A DNA stretch of 64,000 nucleotides from a bacterium (GCA_030693325.1 JAUYAV010000011.1:109603-173602); one strand, 5' to 3'. Shown: positions 48,718-57,946, numbered from the stretch's first letter. Notes: generated by a model from the letters alone, not told the origin. Numbers and translations are program-made.

Positions 48718-49006
48718 GGAGTAATCCTATCCTTTTAAACTTCACGACTGTTTTTTGAGGAATTACAAGTCCATCAATTGGCCAAATAGTGTCATCTGTT
48801 TCATCATAGCTGACGTTCATTGCTATGTTCATATGATCGTCTGTTGCCACCATCACGAATCCTACCGCAAGCTGGGCGTGTGGTAATTCGTCCGGTAATT
48901 TTTCCTCATAGGAATAAGCTGCGTCATGCCACCACACCGCGCACACGGGCGGATTCTTTTTCGGTTTTTTGGATTTTTCACTTGAAAAACTTAATTGCTT
49001 TTCCAT
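48707..49006 (-). CDS. Hypothetical small protein (99 aa), paralogue of 48430..48717
   Basis: See the paralogue. The two ORFs overlap by 11 nt in different frames. Confidence 0.45.
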   Translation of the reverse strand: MEKQLSFSSEKSKKPKKNPPVCAVWWHDAAYSYEEKLPDELPHAQLAVGFVMVATDDHMNIAMNVSYDETDDTIWPIDGLVIPQKTVVKFKRIGLLHGE

Positions 49007-49085
49007 GTATTAAATAATAAACTTTGCGCCATTGAAAAGCAAAAGGAGGATTGTTTTCACAACCCTCCTTGTCAATCAATGAACT

Positions 49086-49262
49086 TTATTACTTATTTGC
49101 CGGAATCTCCACCGTCATTATCTCCGTGACGATTTTCCGGAACTCCTTGGTCTTTTGCCTCCGCCGCATCGTTACGAGCCGTATGAAACGCTTCGCTCGT
49201 CTTTTTCATACTATCGCCCGTTTCTCTTGCGGTATCTTTCTCTGTCCACTTATTAGCCATTT
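49086..49262 (-). CDS. Hypothetical hydrophilic 58-aa protein (not in the ORF track)
   Basis: Strong SD ggaggtgaggg before the ATG; MANKWTEKDTARETGDSMKKTSEAFHTARNDAAEAKDQGVPENRHGDNDGGDSGK*. Confidence 0.45.
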
Positions 49263-49283
49263 CCCTCACCTCCTCGTTGTTTT

Positions 49284-49844
49284 TTATTTCAGTTTATTCA
49301 GGAATTCTGATATTCTCGGGATGTTCTCTCTGAACAGAGCATAACGGATTACATCATACCTCGCGCCGTTAAACAGTCGTTGCTTTTTGAATTTACCTTC
49401 CTCTATAAAACCTCCTCTTAGAGCGGCTGAAATAGCCTCTCGGTTGTATTCATACATTTCCATATAAATTTTGAAAAGCTTAAACTTTTCAAAAAGATAC
49501 ATCAGGAAAAGCGCGTCTGCTTCAGCGCCATATCCTCTTTTACGAAATCCATCGGCAATGAAAGTGGTGATAAACGCATATCCATCAACGCGTTTGTAAT
49601 CATAGGAATAAATCGTACCGATAGGCTCGCCGTCGAATTTTCGCTCAATCATAAACTGAAGATGCCTATCTCGTTCAAAATCCCTTTTAAGCTCCGCAAC
49701 AAATTCATTGCAATTCGTTGCGCTTCTTCTATGAGAGCAATTCTGAAGAAATTGTTGATCATTTCTCCACTTAAAAAGCGTAGCTGCGTTATTGCTTGTT
49801 AATGGACGCAATTTAATATGACGAGTTTCAAGAGAATAATCCAT
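49284..49844 (-). CDS. GNAT family N-acetyltransferase (RimJ/RimL-like); start MDYSLE at 49844 preceded by aaggagg
   Basis: ITTFIADGFRKRGYGAEADALFLMYLFEKFKLFKIYMEMYEYNREAISAALRGGF. Confidence 0.75.
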   Translation of the reverse strand: MDYSLETRHIKLRPLTSNNAATLFKWRNDQQFLQNCSHRRSATNCNEFVAELKRDFERDRHLQFMIERKFDGEPIGTIYSYDYKRVDGYAFITTFIADGFRKRGYGAEADALFLMYLFEKFKLFKIYMEMYEYNREAISAALRGGFIEEGKFKKQRLFNGARYDVIRYALFRENIPRISEFLNKLK

Positions 49845-49995
49845 CTGATTGCCTCCTTTCTTTTTCAATTTTTAATGTTCAATCCAATATTTATACTGAT
49901 ACTAATATCTAATAAATGAATTATTTTGTCAAATTTATATTCAATCCTCAACCTTTTAAAATCGGTCAGAGATTCCGAATTTCCCGTTATTTTAT

Positions 49996-51783
49996 CTATC
50001 TGTTTTTCAAGATAGTGAAAAAGGCCTCCTGCGGAATATCCACTGTTCCGATTCTTTTCAGTTTCTCTTTGCCGGCTTTTTGTTTTTTCCAAAGTTTTTG
50101 TTTGCGCGTTCTGTCGCCACCGTGCAGTTTGGCGATTACATTTTTTTTCATCGCCGGCACGGTTTCGCGGCTGATAATCTGGGCGCCGACAGTCGCCTGA
50201 ATGGCAATTTCAAACATCTGCCGCGGAATTACTTTTTTCAATTCAATGGCCAATCTTTTTCCTTCGGAAGAAATTTCGTCCTTGGGAATTATAAATGACA
50301 TCGCCTCAACTCTTTTTCCGGCAATCACAATATCCATTTTTACTAAATCGCCGCAACGGTAATCAATAAAATAATAGTTCAAAGAAGCATAGCCGGCGCT
50401 TATATTTTTCAAGCCGTTGTAAAAATTATCCAAAAAAGAAGACAGCGGCATTTCATAAAACAGAATCACCTCTTCGGCCAGATAATCGGTTTTTTTGTAA
50501 ATGCCCCGGAAATTTTTAACCAAATCCATTATCGGGCTGAGATATTTAACCGGAGAAAATATTTCCAAGCTTACCCAGGGTTCCTGAATTTCTTTTATTT
50601 CTCCGGCATCGGGAAATTCTTGGGGCGAATGAATAAATTTTTCTTTATCGTCATTTAAAACCACTTTGTAAGAAACGCTGGGCGCGGTGATAATCAAATT
50701 CAGATTATATTCCCTTTCCAATCTTTCCTTGATTATTTCCATGTGAAGCATCCCCAGAAATCCGCAGCGGAAACCGAAACCCAAATCGGAAAAAACTTCC
50801 GACTTGAAAGTGAAAGCGGCGTCGTTTAAAGACAATTTTTCCAAGGCCTCTTTGAATTTCAGATAATCGCTGGCGTCAACGCAGTAAAAACTGGCGAAAA
50901 CCATCGGCTGGGGTTCTTTATATCCTTTGAGCGGCTCAACCTTGGGTTCGGAAATTTTGGAAACAGTGTCGCCCACCCGGCAATCCCGAATGCCTTTAAA
51001 ACCGGTGATAATATAACCCGCCTCACCAGCTGATAAATTTTCTTTCGGAAAAAAATCCGGTTTGAAAATCCCGACATCCAAAACCGTGGAAATTTCGCCG
51101 GTGCCCAAAAGTTTTATTTCCTCGCCTTTTTTTATTTGGCCGTCAAAAATTCTGACAAAAGCGATGACGCCGCGGTGCCGGTCAAAAAGAGAATCAAAAA
51201 CCAAAGCCCGCAAAGGCTTATCGACGTCTCCGACCGGCGCCGGAATTTTTCTGACAATCGCTTCCAAAACTTTTTCAACATTAATTCCTGATTTGGCGGA
51301 AATAAAAATCACTTCCTTTTCTTCCACGCCGACCAGTTCCGCTAATTCCCGTCCGACTTTTTCCAATTGAGCATTGGGTAAATCTATTTTGTTGACCACC
51401 GGAATAATCACCAAGCCCTCATGTTTGGCTAAATAATAATTCGCCAGGGTCTGCGCTTGGATTCCCTGGGTGGCGTCGCAAAGCAAAATCGCGCCTTCGC
51501 AGGCATTTAAACTTCGGGAAACCTCATAAGAAAAATCAACGTGGCCGGGAGTATCCACCAAATTCAAAATATATTTCAAACCTTCAAATTCAAAATCCAT
51601 CCGGCAAGGATGGAGCTTGATGGTTATCCCCCGCTCTCGTTCCAAAGACATCCGGTCAAGATATTGCGCCTGCTGCAATTTTTCTTTAGATATGGTTTTG
51701 GTTATTTCCAAAAACCGGTCCGCCAAAGTGGACTTCCCGTGGTCTATGTGGGCCACGATGCAAAAATTTCTGATGTTTTTCAT
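49996..51783 (-). CDS. lepA: Elongation factor 4 (LepA)
   Basis: NFCIVAHIDHGKSTLADRFLE...DTPGHVDFSYEVSRSL, LepA-specific C-terminal domain. Confidence 0.95.
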   Translation of the reverse strand: MKNIRNFCIVAHIDHGKSTLADRFLEITKTISKEKLQQAQYLDRMSLERERGITIKLHPCRMDFEFEGLKYILNLVDTPGHVDFSYEVSRSLNACEGAILLCDATQGIQAQTLANYYLAKHEGLVIIPVVNKIDLPNAQLEKVGRELAELVGVEEKEVIFISAKSGINVEKVLEAIVRKIPAPVGDVDKPLRALVFDSLFDRHRGVIAFVRIFDGQIKKGEEIKLLGTGEISTVLDVGIFKPDFFPKENLSAGEAGYIITGFKGIRDCRVGDTVSKISEPKVEPLKGYKEPQPMVFASFYCVDASDYLKFKEALEKLSLNDAAFTFKSEVFSDLGFGFRCGFLGMLHMEIIKERLEREYNLNLIITAPSVSYKVVLNDDKEKFIHSPQEFPDAGEIKEIQEPWVSLEIFSPVKYLSPIMDLVKNFRGIYKKTDYLAEEVILFYEMPLSSFLDNFYNGLKNISAGYASLNYYFIDYRCGDLVKMDIVIAGKRVEAMSFIIPKDEISSEGKRLAIELKKVIPRQMFEIAIQATVGAQIISRETVPAMKKNVIAKLHGGDRTRKQKLWKKQKAGKEKLKRIGTVDIPQEAFFTILKNR

Positions 51784-51873
51784 TAATGATATTTATATTT
51801 AGTTGCTTGACAAAATTTTAAAATAAAATACCATTATCGTCAAACGGCACATTAAAAACAAAAGGAGGAAATC

Positions 51874-52335
51874 ATGGAAAAAATTCAGAAGATTCTTGAG
51901 AAGATAAACGGCAAAGGATGGAACTTGTATTACCGCGGCAAACCCGACGAAAAAATCGGCTTACCGGAAACCTACCAATTGGGACCGGCCAAAATTTTAG
52001 AAAAAGGAATATCCTATATAATCCTTCCCCGCGTTGAAAAGCCAACCGACCAAACCATGATTGAGTCCTTTAAAGCCAAACATCAAATCCTGCCCAAAAT
52101 CAGCCTGCCGCGAAAAGGATTCCCGTATTCTCTCGGGACAAAAATACTCGGATCCGAAGGCGGACCCCAAGAAGAAATTGACCTTCGCCCCGGAGAAGAA
52201 ATTTTTTTCATCGGGATTGAACTCCAAAATGAAGCAATCCGGCTGATTACACAGCAAAAAACATTTATACCTTATGATGTTTTTCTGGAGGCGCTAAACG
52301 CTCTTCAGGACATTACCTCCTTGACGGCTGTTTAA
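51874..52335 (+). CDS. Hypothetical protein (153 aa)
   Basis: Strong SD aaaaggagg. Its 5' leader is about 85% identical over 35 nt to that of 17861..18841. Confidence 0.45.
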   Translation: MEKIQKILEKINGKGWNLYYRGKPDEKIGLPETYQLGPAKILEKGISYIILPRVEKPTDQTMIESFKAKHQILPKISLPRKGFPYSLGTKILGSEGGPQEEIDLRPGEEIFFIGIELQNEAIRLITQQKTFIPYDVFLEALNALQDITSLTAV

Positions 52336-52350
52336 TGAGTATTATTAAAC

Positions 52351-52386
52351 AAAAAACCGTTCCGATGCGCATCGGAACGGTTTTTA
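52351..52386 (+). terminator. Rho-independent terminator
   Basis: aaaaccgttccgatgcgcatcggaacggttttt. Confidence 0.7.
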
Positions 52387-52448
52387 CTTGATTAAATTTT
52401 ATTTCTATTGATTTGCCTTTCAAATTTTATTTCTATAAAATGAAGTCA

Positions 52449-52750
52449 TTCCGACGTAGCTCAGTGGTAGAGCGACTCCCTGTAAATTTAAAATTGCAGC
52501 TTTCCCGAGTAATCGGGATTGAAAAACGAGGTGAATTCGGGGAAACCCTATAAAAGGGCAATCCCGAGCCAAGCCCCGACTTAACGTCGAGGAAGGTGTA
52601 GAGACTATCCCGAAAGGGAGTACTCCAAATAAAATTGGGGGAAGCGCCTCGCACCCTCTAAAAAAGAGGGTGATGATATAGTCCGTCCCCAATGGAAACT
52701 TTGGGATAAACGTAAGGAGACGGTCGTAGGTTCGAATCCTACCGTCGGAG
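52449..52750 (+). tRNA. tRNA-Asn (anticodon GUU) interrupted by a group I intron between anticodon-loop positions 35 and 36
   Basis: Exons: UCCGACG-UA-GCUC-AGUGGUA-GAGC-G-ACUCC-CUGU | UAA-GGAGA-CGGUC-GUAGG-UUCGAAU-CCUAC-CGUCGGA-G. The spliced anticodon loop CUGUUAA is the canonical tRNA-Asn loop. The 5' exon ends in U and can pair with an intron GCAG guide; the intron ends in G. Track ORFs 52420..52692 and 52433..52654 are spurious. Confidence 0.8.
52483..52712 (+). ncRNA. Group I self-splicing intron (230 nt, no ORF) within tRNA-Asn
   Basis: Conserved core elements: P-like AAAUUGCAGC, R-like GUGUAGAGACUAUCC (P7 5' strand), S-like GAUGAUAUAGUCCGUCC (P7 3' strand / P9.0). Size and anticodon-loop location resemble the compact bacterial tRNA introns (Anabaena tRNA-Leu, Azoarcus tRNA-Ile). 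Confidence 0.8.
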
Positions 52751-52754
52751 CAAA

Positions 52755-52783
52755 CAAAAAATCGCCTATTGGGCGATTTTTTG
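52755..52783 (+). terminator. Rho-independent terminator after tRNA-Asn (near-duplicate at 57846..57872)
   Basis: caaacaaaaaatcgcctattgggcgattttttgg versus caaacaaaaatcgccaatacggcgattttttgg. Confidence 0.65.
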
Positions 52784-52956
52784 GTAGAATAAATTTATAT
52801 TAAATCAAATATAGTCGGAATTATTTTCATCGTACTTGGTATACTATTAGCCACAATCAACAAGGGATTGGTAGGCACATTTCTTGGATCAGGAATAACA
52901 ATTACTGTAATAAACATTCTTAAATATTACAAAACAAAGAAAAAAGGATAACTTTT

Positions 52957-53886
52957 ATGAAGGAGTATTTTTTTGATGCCGATGGTGTTAGGTTAAACTA
53001 TGTTAAAGGGGATAATAATGGCCCTGCCTTAGTATTAATTCCTGGACAGAGCACTACATGGCAAAGTTACGAACCCGTTTTTAAGGGTTTGAGTAAAAAT
53101 TTTCAAGTATATTCTTTAAGTATCAGGGGTCATGGTAAAAGTGATTGGACTACTGGCGATTATAATTTTGATAGCATAGGAAAGGATGTAACGCTTTTTT
53201 TGGAAAAAATTATTAAACGCCCCACAATCCTTGTTGGCAATTCTAGCGGAGGTTTGATTAGTTTATGGATAGGTGTTAATAAACCAGAATTAGTAACTGG
53301 TGTTATTTTGGAAGACGCTCCTTTATTTAGCGCTGATTGGCCGCGGATAAAAAAAGAATTTGTATATGAAGTATTAAGTAAAACTGCTAAGTATTTGGGC
53401 AAAGAAGGTGGTGCTGATTATGTGGGTTTTTTAAATAGCATAGAAAGGCCATTGCTCAACGGCAAAACCAAAACCTTGCCTAAGTTATTAAGCAAGGGTT
53501 TAGCTTGGTTAATATATAATAGAGAATATAGACCAGGAAAAGTTATTATTAATACTCTTCCCAGGATTTTAAAAATGTTGGTTCGTATTATTCCTACTTT
53601 TGATCCTGATTTTTCAAGAGCGTGGGTTGATGGCAGGATTTATAAGGGATTAGATCACGAGGATGCTTTGAAAAAAATTAAAGTTCCTTTGCTAATTATT
53701 CATGCTAATTGGTTTAGAACAGAGAAGGGCTTGGTTGGGGCTATGGATGACAATGACGCAGAAAAGGCTAAAAGATTAGCGCCTCATGCCAAATATATCC
53801 GGATAAAAACACAACACTCGATTCACTCCGGAAAACCGAAAGAGTTTATCAGAATTATTAACGAATTCAAGAAAGATATAAAATAA
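52957..53886 (+). CDS. Alpha/beta-fold hydrolase
   Basis: Nucleophile elbow GNSSGG, HG oxyanion motif (SIRGHGKSD). Confidence 0.7.
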   Translation: MKEYFFDADGVRLNYVKGDNNGPALVLIPGQSTTWQSYEPVFKGLSKNFQVYSLSIRGHGKSDWTTGDYNFDSIGKDVTLFLEKIIKRPTILVGNSSGGLISLWIGVNKPELVTGVILEDAPLFSADWPRIKKEFVYEVLSKTAKYLGKEGGADYVGFLNSIERPLLNGKTKTLPKLLSKGLAWLIYNREYRPGKVIINTLPRILKMLVRIIPTFDPDFSRAWVDGRIYKGLDHEDALKKIKVPLLIIHANWFRTEKGLVGAMDDNDAEKAKRLAPHAKYIRIKTQHSIHSGKPKEFIRIINEFKKDIK

Positions 53887-54590
53887 TGCCGAATAAATAT
53901 TTAATAGGAATAGATATTGGGGGGACAAAAACGAGAGGAGTTCTTTTGGATGGAAGAAAAATTATCAGGACTCTGGAAATTCCCACCACCAAAAACAAAG
54001 AAGGACTCAAAAGAGAACTTAAAAAAATTGTTAAAAAATTAAAACCAGAAAAAAGAAATTTTTCAATTGGAATTGGGGTAGCCGGGATAATTAAAAAAAC
54101 TACTCTTCTTTTTGCTCCTAATATTGGGATTAAAAATTTTAATTTCAAAAAAATTTTTTCAGGCATTCCCTTGAAGATTGATAACGATGCCCGTTCTTTT
54201 TTAAGAGGAGAAATTTTATTAGGAATAGCTAAAGAAGCAAAAAATGCCTTTGGTTTTACCATTGGTACGGGAATTGGTCGGGCTTATGCCCAAAAAGGAG
54301 TCGTAAAGAAAATAAAAAAATTTGAATATCCGGAAAAATGGGAAAAAGAATATCAAAAAATTCGAGACCAGAAGAACGACTTAAAACTTATCAAATTTTT
54401 AGGGGTTAAACTCTCAAATTTATTGAAGCAATATAGAGCTGAAACGATTATAATAGGTGGAGGTCTAATAGAACAGAAAGATTTTTTTAAAAAACTTACA
54501 AAAGAACTCCGAAAACAAGGGATAAAAAGCAAAATCAAACCTTCTAACCTTGGAAGAAATTCTGCCGCAATTGGCGCTACTTTAATTTAA
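53886..54590 (+). CDS. ROK family sugar kinase (glucokinase-like)
   Basis: IGIDIGGTKTRGVLLDG, second glycine-rich motif GIGVAG; overlaps the previous gene at the stop/start. Confidence 0.7.
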   Translation: MPNKYLIGIDIGGTKTRGVLLDGRKIIRTLEIPTTKNKEGLKRELKKIVKKLKPEKRNFSIGIGVAGIIKKTTLLFAPNIGIKNFNFKKIFSGIPLKIDNDARSFLRGEILLGIAKEAKNAFGFTIGTGIGRAYAQKGVVKKIKKFEYPEKWEKEYQKIRDQKNDLKLIKFLGVKLSNLLKQYRAETIIIGGGLIEQKDFFKKLTKELRKQGIKSKIKPSNLGRNSAAIGATLI

Positions 54591-55863
54591 TGTTTCCCAA
54601 AATATAAAGTTTTAAGTTGTCTAAAATATACCTGGGCATTAAAAAATGCCGTTTTACCGATTCTCTGGCTCTTCTTCCAAGTTTTTCTCTTAACTTTTCG
54701 TCTTTTAACAGACGGACAATCCATTTGGCCATTTCCTCGGGTGAAGTAACTAAAATTCCGTTTTTCTTATTTTCTATCTGAAGCCGAGAACCAGCCGTTA
54801 TTCCGGCAATTATTGGTTTTCCTTTCCACATTGCCTCGGTTATTGTTAAACCAAAACCTTCGCGAATGCTTCCCTGAACCATTATCGGACTTGCAGTACA
54901 AAAAGCGTTGATTAAAATATCATCTGAAATATTTTTTAATTGCTTTGGATTATAAAAAAAATGAATATTGAGGTCTCCTTTCTCATGTTTTCTTATCTGT
55001 TTAAAAGACGAAATCGCTTCGGGATCGTCCTGGGCTTCAAAAAATCCCACCTGAACCAATTGAAGATCGGGAATTTTATTTTTAGCTAAATAGTAGGCCT
55101 GAATTACTCCCAACTGTCCTTTCCAGGGATCAAACCGGGAAACTTGAACGATGATCGGTTTTGTAGGAGTAATACCATGATCCACAATAATTTCTCTTGC
55201 CACCTCTGGGCTCATTGATTTGTTTTTGTCTGAAAAAGGGTCAATGGCCGGATAAATAATTTTAAGTTTTGATTTTTTAATCCAGGGCAAAGCTAAGGCA
55301 TAATCTTTATTGCTTATAATAACCTGGTCGTAATTAATGATAAAAGGTCTTAAAAATTCAAGCACCGATGGATTTGGCAATGATAAATCAATATGGAGAC
55401 GCAATAAGGAAGAAAAATTTTTAGGGACTATCTTTATTAACGGAAGCGGCTGTGGATCGTGAATTATGACAATACCATTTTTAAATCGCTTCAGAAACTC
55501 AGCCAATTCTCTTCCCAGCTCGCGATTTACAGAAAGAAAAAATTCTTTTTCTTTCTCTGAAAGAAATCCAACCTTCCCTTGTAAAAGATTGTGAATTTTT
55601 TTGGTAATAACAAAAAATCGACGCTCTGCTTTAATAACAAGCCAGTGGCTTTCAATCCCCAAAGATTTTTCTAAAGGTATTTGGCTTCTTAATATTTCTG
55701 CCACTCCGCCTCCGGATGAAGTTGAGTTAATATGAATGATTGCTTTTTTTCTTATTTTCTTTGCGCGAGTCAAAACTTCATGACAGGTTTTAGGGTCCAG
55801 CTTTTGATATTCTTTAATGCTTTTTGAAGCCCAATCTAATTTAATTTCTTCAAGTTCAGCCAT
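54577..55863 (-). CDS. GT4 glycosyltransferase, trehalose-synthase (TreT)-like
   Basis: N-terminal HINSTSSGGGVAEIL (cf. the TreT VNST..GGGVAEIL signature) and C-terminal GT4 REGFGLTITEAMWKGKPIIAG. Confidence 0.55.
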   Translation of the reverse strand: MAELEEIKLDWASKSIKEYQKLDPKTCHEVLTRAKKIRKKAIIHINSTSSGGGVAEILRSQIPLEKSLGIESHWLVIKAERRFFVITKKIHNLLQGKVGFLSEKEKEFFLSVNRELGRELAEFLKRFKNGIVIIHDPQPLPLIKIVPKNFSSLLRLHIDLSLPNPSVLEFLRPFIINYDQVIISNKDYALALPWIKKSKLKIIYPAIDPFSDKNKSMSPEVAREIIVDHGITPTKPIIVQVSRFDPWKGQLGVIQAYYLAKNKIPDLQLVQVGFFEAQDDPEAISSFKQIRKHEKGDLNIHFFYNPKQLKNISDDILINAFCTASPIMVQGSIREGFGLTITEAMWKGKPIIAGITAGSRLQIENKKNGILVTSPEEMAKWIVRLLKDEKLREKLGRRARESVKRHFLMPRYILDNLKLYILGNIKLK

Positions 55864-56029
55864 AAAATTTTTTCTGCCAAAGATTTCTAACGAGGTTAAC
55901 CTATTTTATTTTATACTATTGCGCTTTCTAAAGAAAGCGCTTCGGAAGCTCAAAAACCCGAAAAAACAAAGTGACCTTAAAACAAAAACCGCCTTTTAAT
56001 CAAAGACAGTTTTTGTTATGATAATTTAA

Positions 56030-56884
56030 ATGACAGATTTTATTGATAAAATTGCAAAACTTCTAATTCCATGGCTTCTTTCCCAAGGGATAAAAATTAT
56101 AGGCATAATTATTATTGCCTATTTGGTCAGAAGATTTAGCAAGGTCTTTATTGAAAAAGCAATCAGGACAGCAGTGGTGGCTAATCATTATTTATCAAAA
56201 GAGGCCGAGAAAAAAAGAGAAGATACATTGATTAGAATTTTCTCCGGCGGGATTGGAATAGTAATTTTAATCATTGCTCTATTGATGGTTTTACAGGAAA
56301 TTGGAATTGCCACCGGACCGATTTTGGCGGCGGCAGGAATTGCCGGTTTAGCTTTCGGTTTTGGCGGACAGTATCTAATCCGCGATATTATTTCAGGGAT
56401 TTTTATCATTCTAGAAAATCAATATCGAATTGGCGACGTGGCTTGTTTTGACGGCACTTGCGGTCTAGTTGAGGATATCAGTATGAGAATGACTACTTTA
56501 AGAGATTTAGACGGCACCGTTCATCACGTTCCCCACGGTGAGATTAAAAAAGTTTCCAATCTCACAAAACATTTTGCCAGAGTCAATCTTAACGTCGGCG
56601 TTGCCTATAGTTCAGATTTAGAAAAAGTGATTGAGGTGGTAAATCAAGTCGGCCAGGAACTGGCCGTCGACCCCCAATGGAAGGATTTCGTCATCAAGCC
56701 GCCCCAGTTTTTGCGCGTTGACGATTTTGCCGAATCGGCGATTATAATCAAAATTCTTGGCGAGACACAGCCCATCAAGCAATGGGACGTGACTGGCGAA
56801 CTCCGCAAACGGCTCAAAATCGCTTTTGATAAAGAAGGAATTGAAATCCCGTTCCCCCAGCGGGTAATCCACCAACAGAAATAA
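56030..56884 (+). CDS. Small-conductance mechanosensitive channel (MscS family)
   Basis: Three TM helices, then GIAGLAFGFGGQYLIRDIISGIFIILENQYRIGDVACFDGTCGLVEDISMRMTTLRDLDGTVHHVPHGEI. Confidence 0.8.
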   Translation: MTDFIDKIAKLLIPWLLSQGIKIIGIIIIAYLVRRFSKVFIEKAIRTAVVANHYLSKEAEKKREDTLIRIFSGGIGIVILIIALLMVLQEIGIATGPILAAAGIAGLAFGFGGQYLIRDIISGIFIILENQYRIGDVACFDGTCGLVEDISMRMTTLRDLDGTVHHVPHGEIKKVSNLTKHFARVNLNVGVAYSSDLEKVIEVVNQVGQELAVDPQWKDFVIKPPQFLRVDDFAESAIIIKILGETQPIKQWDVTGELRKRLKIAFDKEGIEIPFPQRVIHQQK

Positions 56885-57028
56885 AGACAAATATTTAAGA
56901 ACGAAAACTTAACCAAAAAGCAACGATTGATTTTCGTATCTAATCGATTACCTTTGTGGGATTAGAACTTTTTCCACTCTTTTAGTATAATGAATATGGA
57001 TATTTATTATTAAATTAATTACCAAAAT

Positions 57029-57736
57029 ATGAAAAACAAAATTTTAGTAACTAGCGTCTTGGCACTTGCTTTCATTTTTGCATTTAATGCTTATGCCATA
57101 GGTCAAAATAGCACGGGCGGAGCTGGAGCTGGCAACCAAGTCCAGCAACAAACCCAAACCGCCAATCAAGGCGAAGACAGCCAAATCCAAGCGCAAAATA
57201 ATAAACAGGTTCAAAGCGGAAATACAACGGGAACAAATACAGGAACGCAAACACAGCAACAAAATCAGGGAGAAGCTAATCAGATAAAAAATGAAGAACA
57301 GAAGGAGCAAATCAATGCCGAACAGCATCGCAGTACTGTAGCAAATTTTGTTCAGGGCGTTTTGAAAACAGCCAGCAGCACCGAAGGCGGGATAGGACAA
57401 CAGATTAGGGTTATCGCTCAGCAGCAAAATCAGTCGGAAAACACAACAATTCAGGCAATGGAAAAAATTCAGACAAGAAGCAAAATAAAAACATTCTTTT
57501 TAGGTTCTGATTATAAAAACTTGGGATCATTGAGAAGCGAAACGGTTCAAACCAAAAACAGATTGGAGCAATTAAACAGATTAATGGAGAATATTCAGAA
57601 TGAAGGAGATAAAACAGAACTTCAAAATCAAATTCAGACATTGGAGCAGGAACAAACAAAGATTGAAAGTTTTATAAAAGCGCAGGAAGGCAAATTTAGT
57701 TTATTTGGCTGGGTATTCAGATTGTTTGCCGAATAA
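57029..57736 (+). CDS. Hypothetical secreted protein, Gln/Asn/Thr-rich low complexity plus coiled coil
   Basis: Signal peptide MKNKILVTSVLALAFIFAFNAYA. Confidence 0.45.
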   Translation: MKNKILVTSVLALAFIFAFNAYAIGQNSTGGAGAGNQVQQQTQTANQGEDSQIQAQNNKQVQSGNTTGTNTGTQTQQQNQGEANQIKNEEQKEQINAEQHRSTVANFVQGVLKTASSTEGGIGQQIRVIAQQQNQSENTTIQAMEKIQTRSKIKTFFLGSDYKNLGSLRSETVQTKNRLEQLNRLMENIQNEGDKTELQNQIQTLEQEQTKIESFIKAQEGKFSLFGWVFRLFAE

Positions 57737-57773
57737 TTTCTTAAACTCGGTATTTTTATGCCCGTGGCCTCAA

Positions 57774-57845
57774 AGCAGGTATGTAAATATACTCATTTCC
57801 CCTCTCAAAGATAGTTCTAACGTTATCCACAACGCGGAGCCAAAC
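57774..57845. repeat. Intergenic repeat R1 (caggtatgtaaatatactcattt ... agttctaacgttatccacaacgcggagcc); paralogue at 59067..59133
   Basis: About 70% identity over about 65 nt between the two copies. Each begins with a near-palindrome gtatRtaaatatac and sits directly 3' of a + strand gene. Confidence 0.5.
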
Positions 57846-57872
57846 AAAAATCGCCAATACGGCGATTTTTTG
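57846..57872 (+). terminator. Rho-independent terminator (near-duplicate of the one after tRNA-Asn)
   Basis: aaatcgccaatacggcgattttttgg. Confidence 0.6.
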
Positions 57873-57946
57873 GTACACTAAAGCGATAAAAGGTCAATAA
57901 AAATGCTATAATGATTACTACCAATCTTGATTAAAAAATATGAAAT

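Noticed and set aside
48430-49006. Interpreting the 99-aa and 95-aa overlapping ORFs as one frameshifted gene
   Set aside because: The two products are paralogous to each other over their whole length, so they are a tandem duplication rather than halves of one protein.
52420-52692. ORFs 52420..52692 and 52433..52654 on the minus strand
   Set aside because: They overlap tRNA-Asn and its group I intron.
52800-52950. Possible small membrane peptide (..IIFIVLGILLATINKGLVGTFLGSGITITVINILKYYKTKKKG*) upstream of the hydrolase gene
   Set aside because: The open frame has no ATG/GTG/TTG start after the preceding stop. It is likely a gene remnant or chance frame in AT-rich DNA.
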